64,000 nucleotides of DNA from Azolla caroliniana. Its lineage: Eukaryota > Plantae > Polypodiophyta. The notes below the pieces were generated by a model. The model was given only the letters and a program-made list of their open reading frames with translations. It was not told the origin of the DNA and did no database searches. The stretch is from contig JBHGNT010000016.1 in the NCBI GenBank assembly GCA_043228905.1, forward strand, positions 13,950,001 through 14,014,000. The letters run 5' to 3'. Made by a program: the position numbers and the translations under genes. Of this stretch, positions 51,215-64,000 are shown one piece after another (positions within the stretch are counted from its first letter, which is position 1; every line of letters starts with the position of its first letter).

Positions 51215-54200
51215 TGTTGGGATATCGGTCTCTCCGGATGGGATGTCCGGAGACGAATGACGGCAAGCCCGGTTACGGTATGAAGCCGGATGAAGAAGAC
51301 CCCGGTTACGGAGCCGGATGAAGAAGACCCCGGTTACGGAGCCGGATGATGTATGTACCCGGAGCGAGATCCGGATGCGGGAACATATTTGTCAATATGT
51401 TTGCCAAGTGCCCTTCTAGGCTATATTTGTAAATAGCCCGAAAGTCATATGTGTATAAATATGACTTAGGGCAAATAGTTTAGGTTGTTGCTCATTCTAT
51501 GTTCCAGCCGAGAGAGCGAAGCGAGAGAGCAGCCGAGCGAGAGAGAGAGAGAAAGGAAGAGGTCGACGCCTCTGTGTATTGCCGCCGCCTGTGGCGAAGA
51601 CAGTGAGCTCAAGGTTGTTGCCTTGAAGCTTCACCATTGTACATCTCTGTGTATAGTGTGAGTTGGAGTTTGAGGACTCCCGTGGTTTTTTTTCCCATTT
51701 AGGGTTTTCCACGTAAAATATCCTGTGTACTCTTCTCTCTGTAGTCTTGGAGCATTTCGTATTTCCTGTTTTCTGTGATTTGATCCTATTTCTCGGTTGT
51801 GACCGAGCGCGGTATTCAACAAATTGGTATCAGAGCGACGGTAACACAGAAAATGGAAGGCGGCGGTAGTGGGCCTCCGGGCATGATGGTGCTGAATGCG
51901 CAGAACTACGCTGACTGGAAGATAAAGATGGAGGACCTGCTCATTGTTCGGGATCTGTATGAACCGATCGACAGGTCGGAAATACCCAAGGGGGTACTTG
52001 AGACGGAATGGAGGCTACTGAACCGGAAAGCCGTTGCAACCATTCGGCAATACGTCGACGTGAGCGTTCTGCAACATGTGGCGAACGACACCAACGCATA
52101 CGAGATGTGGCGGAAGCTGTCGGGCCTCTACGAGAGGAAGAATGCGTTGAACCGGACCTCCCTGATGAGGAAGATTGTGAACCTCAAGTACCGGGACGGC
52201 GAGAGTATGGTGGAACACGTAAGCACGTTTATGGGATTCGTGAACCAGCTTGCGGCGATCAAGTTCCCGCTGGAGGATGCAATGCAAGCCATCATTCTGA
52301 TGTGTACATTGCCGGATAGTTGGGAGAACTTGGTGGTGACTCTCAGCACCTCCTGCACCGAAGATAACTTGTCTTTACAAACGGTAAAGACAAGTATTTT
52401 GAACGAAGAAGCGCGTCGGAGAGATAAAGAACCGGCCTCCGACTCGAAGGCGCTGCTTACCGAATCGGAACGGGGAAGACAATGGAACCGGAGTCCGCAA
52501 AGACGGGAGAAGTCGGGGACCCGGTCGCAGTCAAGAGGAAGACCCACATGCTTCCACTGTGGGAAGCCGGGGCACTTCCGGAAGAATTGTCGGCATTACC
52601 GAAAAGACAACGGAGCCGACGACACCGATTCGAAGAAGTCACCGGAGCGAAACGGTGCATACCGGGGAGCCACGGACCGGAGAGGTTCGGATCGGCGAGG
52701 GCAGGACCGGAAAGGAACGACGGCACTCGCGGCAAGTGAAGAGGAGATCATGCTCATTACTGAAGAGTGGGAGCTGAACCTTGCCGGAGAAGAGATGACC
52801 TGGGTGGTCGATTCCGGAGCGTCGTTCCACCTGACCCCGGAGAAGAAATACTTCTCATCCTACATAGCCGGTGAGCACGGCTGTGTCCGGATGGGAAACG
52901 AAGGTACATGCCGGATTGCCGGCATAGGAGACGTGTGGTTGACAACCTCGACCGGATGCAAGATGCTGTTGAAAGATGTACGACACGTTCCGGAGGTTCG
53001 ATTGAACCTGATTTCGGCCGGGAGGCTAGACGATGAAGGCTACACGGGTAGCATCCGGAACGGTGTCATGAAGTTCAGCAAAGGGAGCCTGATAGTGGCT
53101 CGGGCCCGGAAGATCAACACACTGTACCTGATGAATTCCCGGCTATGTCCGGAGGAGCTGAACGTGGCAGCTGACACTGCCGGTGAGCTATGGCACAAGA
53201 GACTGTGCCACATGAGCGAGAAGGGGATGAAGAGGCTTGCAGAAGACAACCTTATTCCAGTGAAGCATGTGCACCTGGAGAAGTGCACCGATTGCCTGGC
53301 CGGTAAGCAGAACCGAGCCTCCTTCCACTCAAGGCCACCGACGAGACGTAGCGCACCATTGGAGCTGGTGCACACTGACGTGTGTCAAGTAGAAACGAAG
53401 TCACATGGCGGAGCCCAGTACTTCGTGACATTCATTGATGATCACAGCCGGAAGCTGTGGACGGCGCCGTTGAAGACAAAGGACCAAGTGTTGGGCGTCT
53501 TCAAAGAACTCCACGCGAGAGTGGAAAGGGAATCCGGCAAGAAGCTGAAAGCGATACGAGCGGATAACGGAGGGGAATACCGGGGGCAGTTCCAGGAGTA
53601 CTGTCGCTCAAAGGGAATCCGGCTCGAGTTTACAGTGCCGAAGACGCCGGAACTGAACGGGCTGGCCGAGAGGATGAACCGGACCATAATGGAGAGGGTC
53701 CGGAGTATGCTGGCGCATGCGAAATTACCCAAGGGGTTTTGGGCTGAGGCAATGTCGACGGCGACATACGTGATAAACAGATCACCCTCTGTACCTTTGG
53801 ATGGAGACACGCCACAGAGAGTGTGGACCGGTAGGAAAGTATCCTACCGGCATCTGAAGGTGTTCGGGTGTCTCGCATATGTGCATGTGGCAAAGGACCG
53901 GAGAGGAAAGCTAGATCCAAAGACCCGGCCATGCATATTCCTCGGTTACGGCAACGACGAGTTCGGCTACCGAGTATGGGACCCGGTCGACAAGAAGATA
54001 TTCAGGAGTCGAGATATCATCTTCATGGAGGACAAGACACTCGCCGACTGGGAGTCGGAGAAGAAGATGAAGAGCTCCAAGTCGACCGGTGAGGATCAAC
54101 TCTACAAGGAGCAGTCCCGACCGGCAAGAGACCGGTTAGCACTCGAGGATCCGGCCGAAGACGGTGAAGAAACAGAACCGGCCGAAGAAGATGAAAATGA

Positions 54201-56571
54201 TACCGGAACCGGCCCCGATCCCGAAATGGATTCGGATGAAGAAGAATCGGAAGAACCGGTTACCGAAGCTCCGGAACGAAGATATCCTCTAAGAGAGAGA
54301 AGGGCCCCCCGGAGATTTCCGGAACCAGAGCACCTGCTGCTAACCGATGAGGGGGAGCCGGAGAATTTTGAAGAAGCAGAGCTTGACACACATAGCCGCA
54401 GGTGGTTAAGTGCCATGCAGGAGGAGATGGATTCCCTGCATGAGAACCACACATATGAACTTGTGGAGTTGCCAAAAGGAAAGCGGGCACTTCGAAACAA
54501 GTGGGTGTTCAAGCTGAAACCGGGAGATGCCGGAAACCCCCCGAGATACAAAGCCAGGATCGTGGTGAAGGGGTTCTAGCAGAAGAAGGGCGTCGACTTC
54601 GACGAGATATTTGCCCCGGTAGTGAAGATGACCTCCATCCGGACGGTGCTGAGCATAGCGGCAAGCATGGACCTCGAGGTAGAACAGATGGACGTGAAGA
54701 CGGCATTCCTTCACGGTGACCTCGAAGAAGAGATCTACATGCAGCAACCGGAAGGATTCGAGAAGAAAGGAAAGGAGCACCTGGTATGCCGGTTGAAGAA
54801 GAGCCTTTACGGACTGAAGCAGGCTCCCCGGCAATGGTACCGGAAGTTCGACTCCTTCATGACCGACGAAGGGTACCTCAAAACGCAGTCCGACCACTGC
54901 GTGTTTGTGAAGAAGTTCGAAGGAGGAGACTTTCTAATACTCCTCCTGTATGTGGACGACATGTTGATCGTTGGACGGGACCAGGCCAAGATACGGATGC
55001 TGAAGAAGGCTCTTCACCGAACCTTCTCAATGAAGGACCTGGGTCCGGCGAGGCAAATACTAGGGATGCACATCATCCGAGACCGGAGCAAGAAGCAGTT
55101 GTGGCTGTCACAGGAGAAGTACGTGACAAAGGTGCTTAAACGGTTCAACATGTCGGAAGCAAGACCAGTCGGATCGACCCTCCCGGCAAACTGCAAGCTG
55201 TCCAGCAAGCAAAGTCCCAAGACAAAGGCTGAAAAGGAGGATATGATGAAAGTGCCGTATGCCTCAGCCGTCGGGAGCTTGATGTACGCCATGGTGTGTA
55301 CGAGACCGGACATCGGATATGCAGTCGGAGTGGTGAGCCGGTACATGAGCAATCCCGGCAAAGAACACTGGATCGCGGCCAAGTGGATACTCCGATACCT
55401 GAAGGGCACGGCGAACGTGTGCCTCCGATTCGGCTCCGGTAAGCCCGAACTCGACGGCTTCACCGATTCGGATATGTCGGCTGATGCAGATACCAGCCGG
55501 TCCACATCAAGGTATGTGATGACGTATGCAGGGGGAGCCGTTTCGTGGCAGTCAAGGCTGCAGAAGACGGTTGCGTTGTCAACCACGGAGGCGGAGTACA
55601 TGGCGGCTGTTGAAGCCGGCAAGGAAATAATATGGATGAAGGACTTCATTAGAGAGCTCGGTATCCGGCAGGAGGAGTACCGACTCTACTGCGACAGTCA
55701 GAGTGCCATCCACCTTGCGAAGAACGCGGCCTACCATTCCCGGACGAAACACATCCAGCGTAGATACCACTGGATCCGGGAAAGGATAGAAGATAAGGAG
55801 TTCGTGCTGACGAAGATCCACACGGACGAGAACGGGTCAGATATGCTGACCAAAGTACTCACACCCGACAAGCTGGAAGCATGCCGGAGGAGGATCGGAT
55901 TGGAGAGACATCCCATGCCGAAGTGAAGGGGGAGTTTGTTGGGATATCGGTCTCTCCGGATGGGATGTCCGGAGACGAATGACGGCAAGCCCGGTTACGG
56001 TATGAAGCCGGATGAAGAAGACCCCGGTTACGGAGCCGGATGAAGAAGACCCCGGTTACGGAGCCGGATGAAGAAGACCCCGGTTACGGAGCCGGATGAT
56101 GTATGTACCCGGAGCGAGATCCGGATGCGGGAACATATTTGTCAATATGTTTGCCAAGTGCCCTTCTAGGCTATATTTGTAAATAGCCCGAAAGTCATAT
56201 GTGTATAAATATGACTTAGGGCAAATAGTTTAGGTTGTTGCTCATTCTATGTTCCAGCCGAGAGAGCGAAGCGAGAGAGCAGCCGAGCGAGAGAGAGAGA
56301 GAAAGGAAGAGGTCGACGCCTCTGTGTATTGCCGCCGCCTGTGGCGAAGACAGTGAGCTCAAGGTTGTTGCCTTGAAGCTTCACCATTGTACATCTCTGT
56401 GTATAGTGTGAGTTGGAGTTTGAGGACTCCCGTGGTTTTTTTTCCCATTTAGGGTTTTCCACGTAAAATATCCTGTGTACTCTTCTCTCTGTAGTCTTGG
56501 AGCATTTCGTATTTCCTGTTTTCTGTGATTTGATCCTATTTCTCGGTTGTGACCGAGCGCGGTATTCAACA
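51215..56571 (+). mobile_element. Very young full-length Ty1/Copia element (Copia A)
   Basis: TSD TCACG (51210-51214 / 56572-56576). LTRs at 51215-51821 and 55937-56571, TG...CA. Met-type PBS tggtatcagagc at 51825-51836, PPT at 55925-55936. Confidence 0.97.
51853..55926 (+). CDS. Copia Gag-PR-IN-RT-RNase H polyprotein with a single in-frame TAG at 54577-54579
   Basis: CFHCGKPGHFRKNC, VVDSGAS, WHKRLCH..CTDC, VHTDVC..DNGGEY..AERMNRT, LYVDDML, TKHIQRRYH. Both ORF-track pieces are in the same frame. Confidence 0.92.
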
Positions 56572-56835
56572 TCACGGACACACCAACCCTAGACTACAAC
56601 AAAGCACAGATGACAAGGCTATGACTGATAAGGTTACGAACGTGGAACTTGACGTGATGGGGGTAGAAACTCAAGAGGTTGGGAGCGACGAGATGAGGAA
56701 CTTAAGAAGCTAGGAACAATACAAGAGCATAAAGACAGAGATGTAAATCAAGGAGAGAAGATGGGGCGAAACGAGAATACTAGATCAAGATGTGTCAATG
56801 ACTGGTGTTGAATCCCTTGAAAGGGACCAAGGAGG

Positions 56836-57096
56836 TGTTAGGATCTCAGTCCATCCAGATGGGATGACGAAGGCCCGGTGAGAACCGGATGATGAAGGCC
56901 CGGTGAGAACCTCTCACCGGATGAAGGGACATATATGAAAATATGTTTCTGAGAGCCCATTGGGGCCATATCTGTAAATAGTCCTAATGTCATATTAGTA
57001 TAAATATGACCTAGGGCAAACAAAGTGTTGTGTGTATCATTGTGTTGTCATTTTTTTCTGTTGTATAGAGTTATTGGTGTAACTGTTGTACAAAGT

Positions 57097-57134
<38 letters not shown>

Positions 57135-60100
57135 CTTTGTTGTAACCGCCGCCAGGGGAAGAGTGTGAGCATGAGGTCGTTGCCTCTTTGCCCCCTGTTG
57201 TATTCTTTGACATAGTGATAGTTTGGAGTCCGTGGGCTCCTGTGGTTTTTCCCATTTAGGGTTTTCCACGTTAACATACTATGTACACTCTCTTTCAGTG
57301 TTTTGTGTATACGTTCATCTATCTCCACATTCCCATTGTTGTGTTTGTAATTCTCAACGAAGTTATTGAAGACTCAGTTGTGGCCGAGCATTATTCCGCA
57401 TATTCTCGTCAATCTGGTATCAAAGAGAAACGACATAAAAAATGGAAGATTCGTTGGGAGGCATGTTCAAGCTCACCGGCTCCAACTACTCAGTGTGGAA
57501 GTCGAAGATGAGGAACATGCTCATGGTTAAAGATCTTTGGTTGCCGGTTCAGTTCGGGGACAAGAGACCGGACAAGATCGACGCCGCAGTGTGGGAGGTG
57601 ATGCACATGAAGACAACAACATACATCTGGTGCTTCATCGACATGAGCCTGTACAATAACTTCAATGACGAGAGCAAGGCTCATGAACTCTAGGAGAAGA
57701 TCAGCATCATGTTCCAGAACAAGAATGCCATTAATCGGGTTTCAGTATTTCGGAAGCTAGTGAGGCTTCGGTACCAAGACGGCTCCAGTATGGTGGAGCA
57801 CATGAATACCTTCTAGGGGCTGATACACCAGGCAACATCATTGGAAGTACCTCTCGTCGATGAGGTACTAGCACTGCTCCTGCTCGGTTCCCTCCCAGAT
57901 AGCTGGGAGACGTTAGTTGTCACTTTGGGCAACGCCGGGCTGGAAGGAAAATAGTTATCCCTAGCAAGAGTCAAGTCGAGCTTGCTAGATGAGGAGGGGC
58001 ATCAGAAAGACAAGGATACGAGCTCCAACTCCAAAGCGCTCCTTACTGAATCAGAACACGGAAGACAATGGAACCAAAGTCCCCAGAACCGGGAAAAGTC
58101 GGGGACACGGTCAAAGTCAAGGGGGAGGCCCACTTGCTTCTATTGCGGCAAGTCGGGGCACTTCCAGAAGAACTGTCGGCATTTCCGGAAAGACAAAGAA
58201 ATCGACAATACCGATTTGAAGCGGTCACCGGACCAGAACGACAAAGACTGGAGAGGACCGGACCGGAAGGGAACGATGACAATTGCGGCAAGTGAAGAAG
58301 AGTTGATGCTCATCACCGAGGAGAGTGAGTTGAACCTTGCCGGCAACGAGACAACGTGGGTTGTCGATTCTGGAGCGTCGTTCCACCTGACCCTGGACCG
58401 TAAATGCTTCTCATCCTACATAGTCGGTGATCACGACTGTGTCTAGATGCGGAATGAAGGTACATGCCGAATTGTCGACGCAAGAGACGTGTGCCTGACA
58501 ACACCAACCGGATGCAAGTTGCTGCTGAAGGATGTCTGACACTTTCCAGAGGTTCGACTGAACCTGATATGAGCCGATCGGCTAGATGATGAAGGCTACT
58601 TGGGTAGCATCCGGAACGATGTTATGAAATTCAACAAAGGGAGCCTAATAGTGGCTCGGGCCCGGAAAGTCAACACACTGTACCTGATGAATGCCTGGTT
58701 ATGCCCGGAAGAAGTGAACGTTGCATCCGACACTGCCGGTGAGCTGTGGCACAAGAGACAGTGTCACATGAGCGAGAAGGGGATGAAGAGGCTGTCAATG
58801 ACAACCTCATTCTGGTGAAAGACGTGCATCTTGAGAAGTGCACCGACTGCTTGGCTGGTAAGCAAAACCGGACCTCCTTTCGCTCAAGGCCACCGATGAG
58901 ACGTAATGCACCACTGGAGTTGGTGCATACCGATGTGTGTCAAGTGGACACAAAGTCACATGCCGGATCACAGTACTTCGTGACGTTCATAGACGACCAC
59001 AGCCGGAAGCTGTGGGCCACACCGTTGAAGACGAAGGATCAGGTGTTATCCGTCTTCAAGGAGCTCCACACAAGAGTGGAAAGAGAAACTGGCCGAAAGC
59101 TGAAGGCGGTTCGAGCAGATAACAGAGGCGAATACCGGGAGCAGTTTGAGGAGTATTGCCGCTCGAATTTACCGTGCCGAAGATGCCGGAACTCAATGGG
59201 CTGGCCAAGAGGATGAACCTGACCATAATGGAGAAGTATGCTAGCACATGCCAAGTTACCCAAGATGTTTTGGTTTGAGGCGCTGACGACGACGACCTAT
59301 GTGATAAATAGATCACCCTCAGTACCCTTGGACGGAGACACGCCGTAGAGAGTGTGGATCGGTAAGGAAGTGTCTTACCGGCACCTAAAGGTGTTTAGAT
59401 GTCTCGCTTACGTGCATGTGGCAAAGGACCAGAGAGCAAAGTTGGATCCAAAGTCCCGGCCTTGCATATTCCTCGGATACGCGGATGATGAGTTCGGCTA
59501 CCGAGTGTGGGACCCCATCGACGAGAAGGTGTTCCGGAGTCGAGATATTATCTTCATGGAGGACAAGACCCTTGCCGACTGGGAGTCAGAGAAAAAGATA
59601 ATGAACTCCGAGTCGACTGGTAAGGATCGGTTCGATGAGATACGGACCTATCCAGCTAAGAATCGGTTGACACTCGAAGAACCAGCCGGTTACGGAGAGG
59701 AAACCGAACCGGCAGAAGAAGAAGAGGAAGTAGGAACCGGAACCGGAACCAGCCAAGATCCCGAATCAGATTCGGATGAAGAACAAACAGAGGAGCTGGT
59801 TGCCGAAAACCAAGGACGCAAATATCCTCTTAGAGAGAGAAGGCCCCCCCGGAGATTTCCGGATGCAGAGCACGTGTTGCTAATTGATGAGGGGGAGCCG
59901 GAAAGCTTCGAAGAAGCGAAGGATGACACCCATAGCCACAAGTGGTTGAGTGGCATGCAGGACGAGATGAATTCCCTACATGAGAACCACACGTATGAAT
60001 TGGTGGAGTTGTCGAAAGGAAAGAGGGCACTCCGAAACAAGTGGGTGTACAAGCTGAAATCGGGAGATGCCGGCAACCCCCCAAGGTACAAAGCCAGGAT

Positions 60101-61700
60101 CGTGGTGAAGGGGTTCCAACAGAAGAAGGACGTGGACTTCGACGAGATATTTTCCCCTGTAGTAAAGATGACTTCCATCCGGACGGTGCTGAGCATAGCG
60201 ACAAGCATGGACGTCGAGGTAGAGCAGCTAGACGTGAAGACAACATTCCTCCATGACGACCTCGAAGAGGAGATCTACATGCAACAATAGAAGGGATTTG
60301 TGAAGAAAGGGAAGGAGCACCTGGTTTGCCGGTTGAAGAAGAGCCTCTACGGTTTGAAACAGGCTCCCCGGCAATGGTACCAGAAGTTCGACTCCTTCAT
60401 GACCGATCAAGGGTACCACAAGACGCAGGCTGATCACTACATATTAGTGAAGAAGTTCGAAGGTGGAGATTTCTTGATACTCCTCCTGTACGTGGATGAC
60501 ATGTTGATCATCGGACGAGACCAAGTCAAGATACGGATGCTGAAAAAGGCTCTGAACTAGACCTTCTCAATGAAAGACTTGGCTCCGGCAAGACAAATAT
60601 TGGGGATGCATATCATCCGGGATAGGAGAAGTATGTGACAAAGGTGCTTCAACGGTTCAACATGTCAGATGCGAAACCGGTTGGATCGACACTCCCGACA
60701 AACTGCAAATTATCCAGTAAGCAAAGCCCAAAGATGAAGGCAGAGAAGGTGGATATGATGAAGATACCATATGCCTCTGCCGTTGGGAGTTTAATGTACG
60801 CAATGGTGTGTACCCAACCAGATATCGGATACGCAGTCGGAGTGGTGAGCCGGTTTATGAGCAATCCCGGCAAGGAGCACTGGAATGCGGTAAAATGGAT
60901 ACTCTGATACTTGGAAGACACCTCAAGTATGTGTCTCCGATTCGGCTTCGGTAAACCCCAACTTGACGGTTTTACCAATTCGGATATGTCAACTGATGTG
61001 GACACCAGCCGGTCAACTTCCGGATATGTCATGACATATGCAGGGGGAGCCGTTTCATGACAGTCGAGGCTGTAGAAGACGGTTGCATTGTCAACCACGG
61101 AAGCAGAGTACATGGCAGCTGTGGAAGCCGGCAAGGAAATACTATGGATGAAGGACTTCATCGAAGAGCTAGGGATCCGACAAGAGGAATACCGGCTTTA
61201 TTGCGATAGTCAAAGTGCCATCCACCTTGCAAAAAACGCGACATATCATTCCAGGACAAAGCACATCCAGCACAGGTACCACTGGATCTGGGAGCGAGTA
61301 GAAGATCGGGAGTTCGTGCTGACGAAAATCTACACAGAGGAGAATGGGTCAGATATGTTGACCAAGGTGCTGACACCCGACAAGGTGGACGCATGCCAGA
61401 AGCGAATTGGACTAACCAAACATCCCATGCCGGAGTGAAGGGGGAGTTTGTTAGGATCTCGGTCCCTCCGGATGGGATGACGAAGGCCTTGTGAGAACCG
61501 GATGACGTAGGCCCGGTGAGAACCTCTCACCGGATGAAGGGACATATATGGAAATATGTTTTTGAGAGCCCATTGGGGCCATATCTGTAAATAGTCCTAA
61601 TGTCATATTAGTATAAATATGACCTAGGGCAAACAGAGTGTTGTGTGTATCATTGTGTTGTCATTTTTTTCTGTTGTATAGAGTTATTGGTGTAACTGTT

Positions 61701-61747
<47 letters not shown>

Positions 61748-62024
61748 CTCTGTTGTAACTGCCGCCAGGCGAAGAGTGTGAGCACGAGGTCGTTGCCTTT
61801 GTGCCCCCTGTTGTATTCTTTGACATAGTGATAGTTTGGAGTCCGTGGGCTCCCGTGGTTTTTCCCATTTAGGGTTTTCCACGTTAACATACTGTGTACA
61901 CTCTCTTTCAGTGTTTTGTGTATACGTTCATCTATCTCCACATTCCTGTTACTGTGTTTGTAATTCTCAACGAAGTGATTGAAGACTCAGTTGTGACTGA
62001 GCATTATTCCGCATATTCTTGTTA
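56836..62024 (+). mobile_element. Older full-length Ty1/Copia element (Copia B), pseudogenised
   Basis: TSD GGAGG (56831-56835 / 62025-62029). LTRs at 56836-57411 and 61449-62024 with visible substitutions. PBS tggtatcaaag. The polyprotein at 57442-61438 has many stops and frameshifts. Confidence 0.95.
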
Positions 62025-62284
62025 GGAGGTTACAAGTATTTATACTGTGAGTCGAAGTACATGCATTAGAATATTCGGGAGAATATTCTAGAACCCTCTA
62101 GAACCTTCTAGTTCTAGAACTTTCTAAAAACTCCTAGAACTTGAAATAGATAATCTACTAATAATCTACCAAGATATACGTAACATGACATATATTTGGA
62201 TGTGTTGGTTAGAACACAACGCTTGACTATATATAAGAGGTCAAGAGTTTAAATCTTGACATGACTGTTGTCATGTCTCTGACA

Positions 62285-64000
62285 CCAAATTTGTTTCCAA
62301 AACTTCACCATATGAGCAGATGAGACATTACCTTCCTCCGAATACTTTTTTCCACTAGGTATCGACTTAGTCTGTTTCAACATTAAGTTTCCCCTAAACG
62401 CCACGAATATGTGAAGAAAGGGAGGACCTTAGTCGAAGAGTCAAACATGGACAGTTTCCAACCATAATCCAATGGATCCCACTGCAGATCGTCAATTGGC
62501 CTAGAGTGTAACACCGAAATATGAGACGAGTAGTTAGCAATTAATGGACTAGGATCAATATATTTTTTATTATCTAATCTAGCATTTATTCGCACTGGCA
62601 ACTGCTTTGCAGCGGACATAATTGGAGACTCATCCACTAGTATCAACCTACCATTGTCCAAAACTTCATAAAAATAAAGCCTGCCATTTTTATGATATAA
62701 CTGAGCTCCTATAAGTATATTGAGTGTCGAGAACATATCGTACCAACTCTGAAAATGATCGAATTGCAACGTTGGCACTGTGACGTGATACACTGTGGAC
62801 AGTTGAGAGAACATGATCTTTGCCCCTCTTAAATTATCTGACATATTCCTTTGATCCTGCACTGAAGACTGCAGAAACTTTATCCAATCCGCACCCGTAC
62901 GAGCTGGGCCACTGTCCATTGGAGCCCAAGATAACCTAGGGTGTAAACCCAAAACACATGCAGCTTCATCAGTAAATAAAGGATTCCATATTAACGGTTG
63001 ACTCATAAATTGATGATAACTTTTCGATGGCAAGAAAACAAGTGCTTGCCGAAGACTTTCCCATGCCCAAAACATTCCATTAATGAAACGTAACTATCCA
63101 ACATTGGACTTAGGTAGCTAAAAAACTGCAGTAAAGAACCATCTAAGACTATCATTCCATTGACCACCTACCAATGGCTTGACCTTATGTAAATGCTGAA
63201 TCCATAGCATTTTCCATAAATCCTATCTTGGCAATAAACTCCTAACAACATGTTTAGTAAGTAAGTCTTTACTTTGCATAAATGGATCAATCAAACCTAA
63301 ACCACCTTTTTGTTTAGATTGTATTAGAACAAACCAAGCTACCTTTGCTACAGAATTGCTTGAACTATTGTTTCCCCAAATAAAATTATGTACTAAATGT
63401 TGAACTTTCAACATTATTGACCTAGAAAACAACCATGTAGATGCAATATACCAAATCAAGGACAGAAGCACCGAATTAGCTACAACTACACGTCCAGTTA
63501 AGGATAGCTTTTCCTTGTTCCAAAATACTAGTTTATTCCTTAATCTTAACAATAAGGGCGCAATCATATCTTTTGTCTTTAATCCCAAACCCACTTGACA
63601 ACCTAGATACCTAACAAACTGACCTTGAGGTATCCACGTGAATCCTAAGGAAGGTACATTAATTGGCGGATCTCCAAAAGCGACCCAAAAACCTGATGAT
63701 TTATCCCACTTTATCAATGCACCCGATGCATCTGAGAAATCATCCATGACCTTTTGCACTTGTAAAAAATTACAATGTGAGGCATGAACATATAAAGTTG
63801 TATCATCAGCGAATTCGCTATCCACGCCAACATTTGCCACTAGTAGTGTTAAACCTTTAATATTTACATATTGAGAATTTAAATGTACGGAAAATGCTTC
63901 AGATACTAGCAAAAACAAGAAAGGAGCAAGTGGACATCCCTACCGTACTGATCTTGAAATAGAAAACCGCCTACCAATATCCCCTGCAAATAAAAGAGAA
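62285..64000 (-). mobile_element. LINE ORF2 (RT and downstream region), degenerate, running off the window
   Basis: GCPLAPFLF, EFADDT, VRYLG, KGGLGLID, LQWDP. Confidence 0.9.

Larger units (their letters stand above)
49286..62284 (-). mobile_element. Non-autonomous LTR retroelement (about 2.4 kb after removing two nested Copia), inserted in a LINE
   Basis: 3' LTR at 49286-49765; 5' LTR split into 51208-51214, 56577-56835 and 62030-62284. PPT aaaggggaggataa. TSD CCAAT/CCAAA. Removing it restores the LINE zf-RVT FWKQIW-SIKCMNK. The internal region 49766-51207 has no recognisable gag/pol. Confidence 0.9.

Noticed and set aside
52008-61545. Many overlapping alternative-frame and antisense ORFs
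   Set aside because: Shadow ORFs of GC-rich Copia pol with no independent motifs.

Overview
Eukaryotic land-plant genomic DNA with spliceosomal introns, GA/CT microsatellites and dense nested retrotransposons. A non-seed plant such as a fern is plausible, but that is inference from the TE types. There are two host genes, both on the minus strand. The first is a complete 16-coding-exon UPF2 (NMD factor, about 1220 aa, 879-10974). The second is a 3-coding-exon tandem CCCH zinc-finger gene of the C3H14/C3H15 (TIS11-like) type (41266-44798). The rest is two nested TE blocks (about 11.7-40.4 kb and 45.7-64 kb), which I resolved using LTR termini and target-site duplications. The most unusual structures are: (1) a chromovirus Gypsy copy with intact ends and TSD whose interior is a double fold-back across an LTR junction, with a triplicated U3; (2) a non-coding LTR element with a Tf1-type self-priming signature and a 48-bp array; (3) three solo-LTR-like inserts all sitting in an ACGT 4-bp target; (4) antisense tRNA-like A/B-box modules in the U3 of four different LTR families; (5) a twin-primed, 5'-inverted LINE; (6) two sister Copia elements with near-identical pol but divergent Gag capsid domains. 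All coordinates were read by eye, and no alignments or database searches were run.
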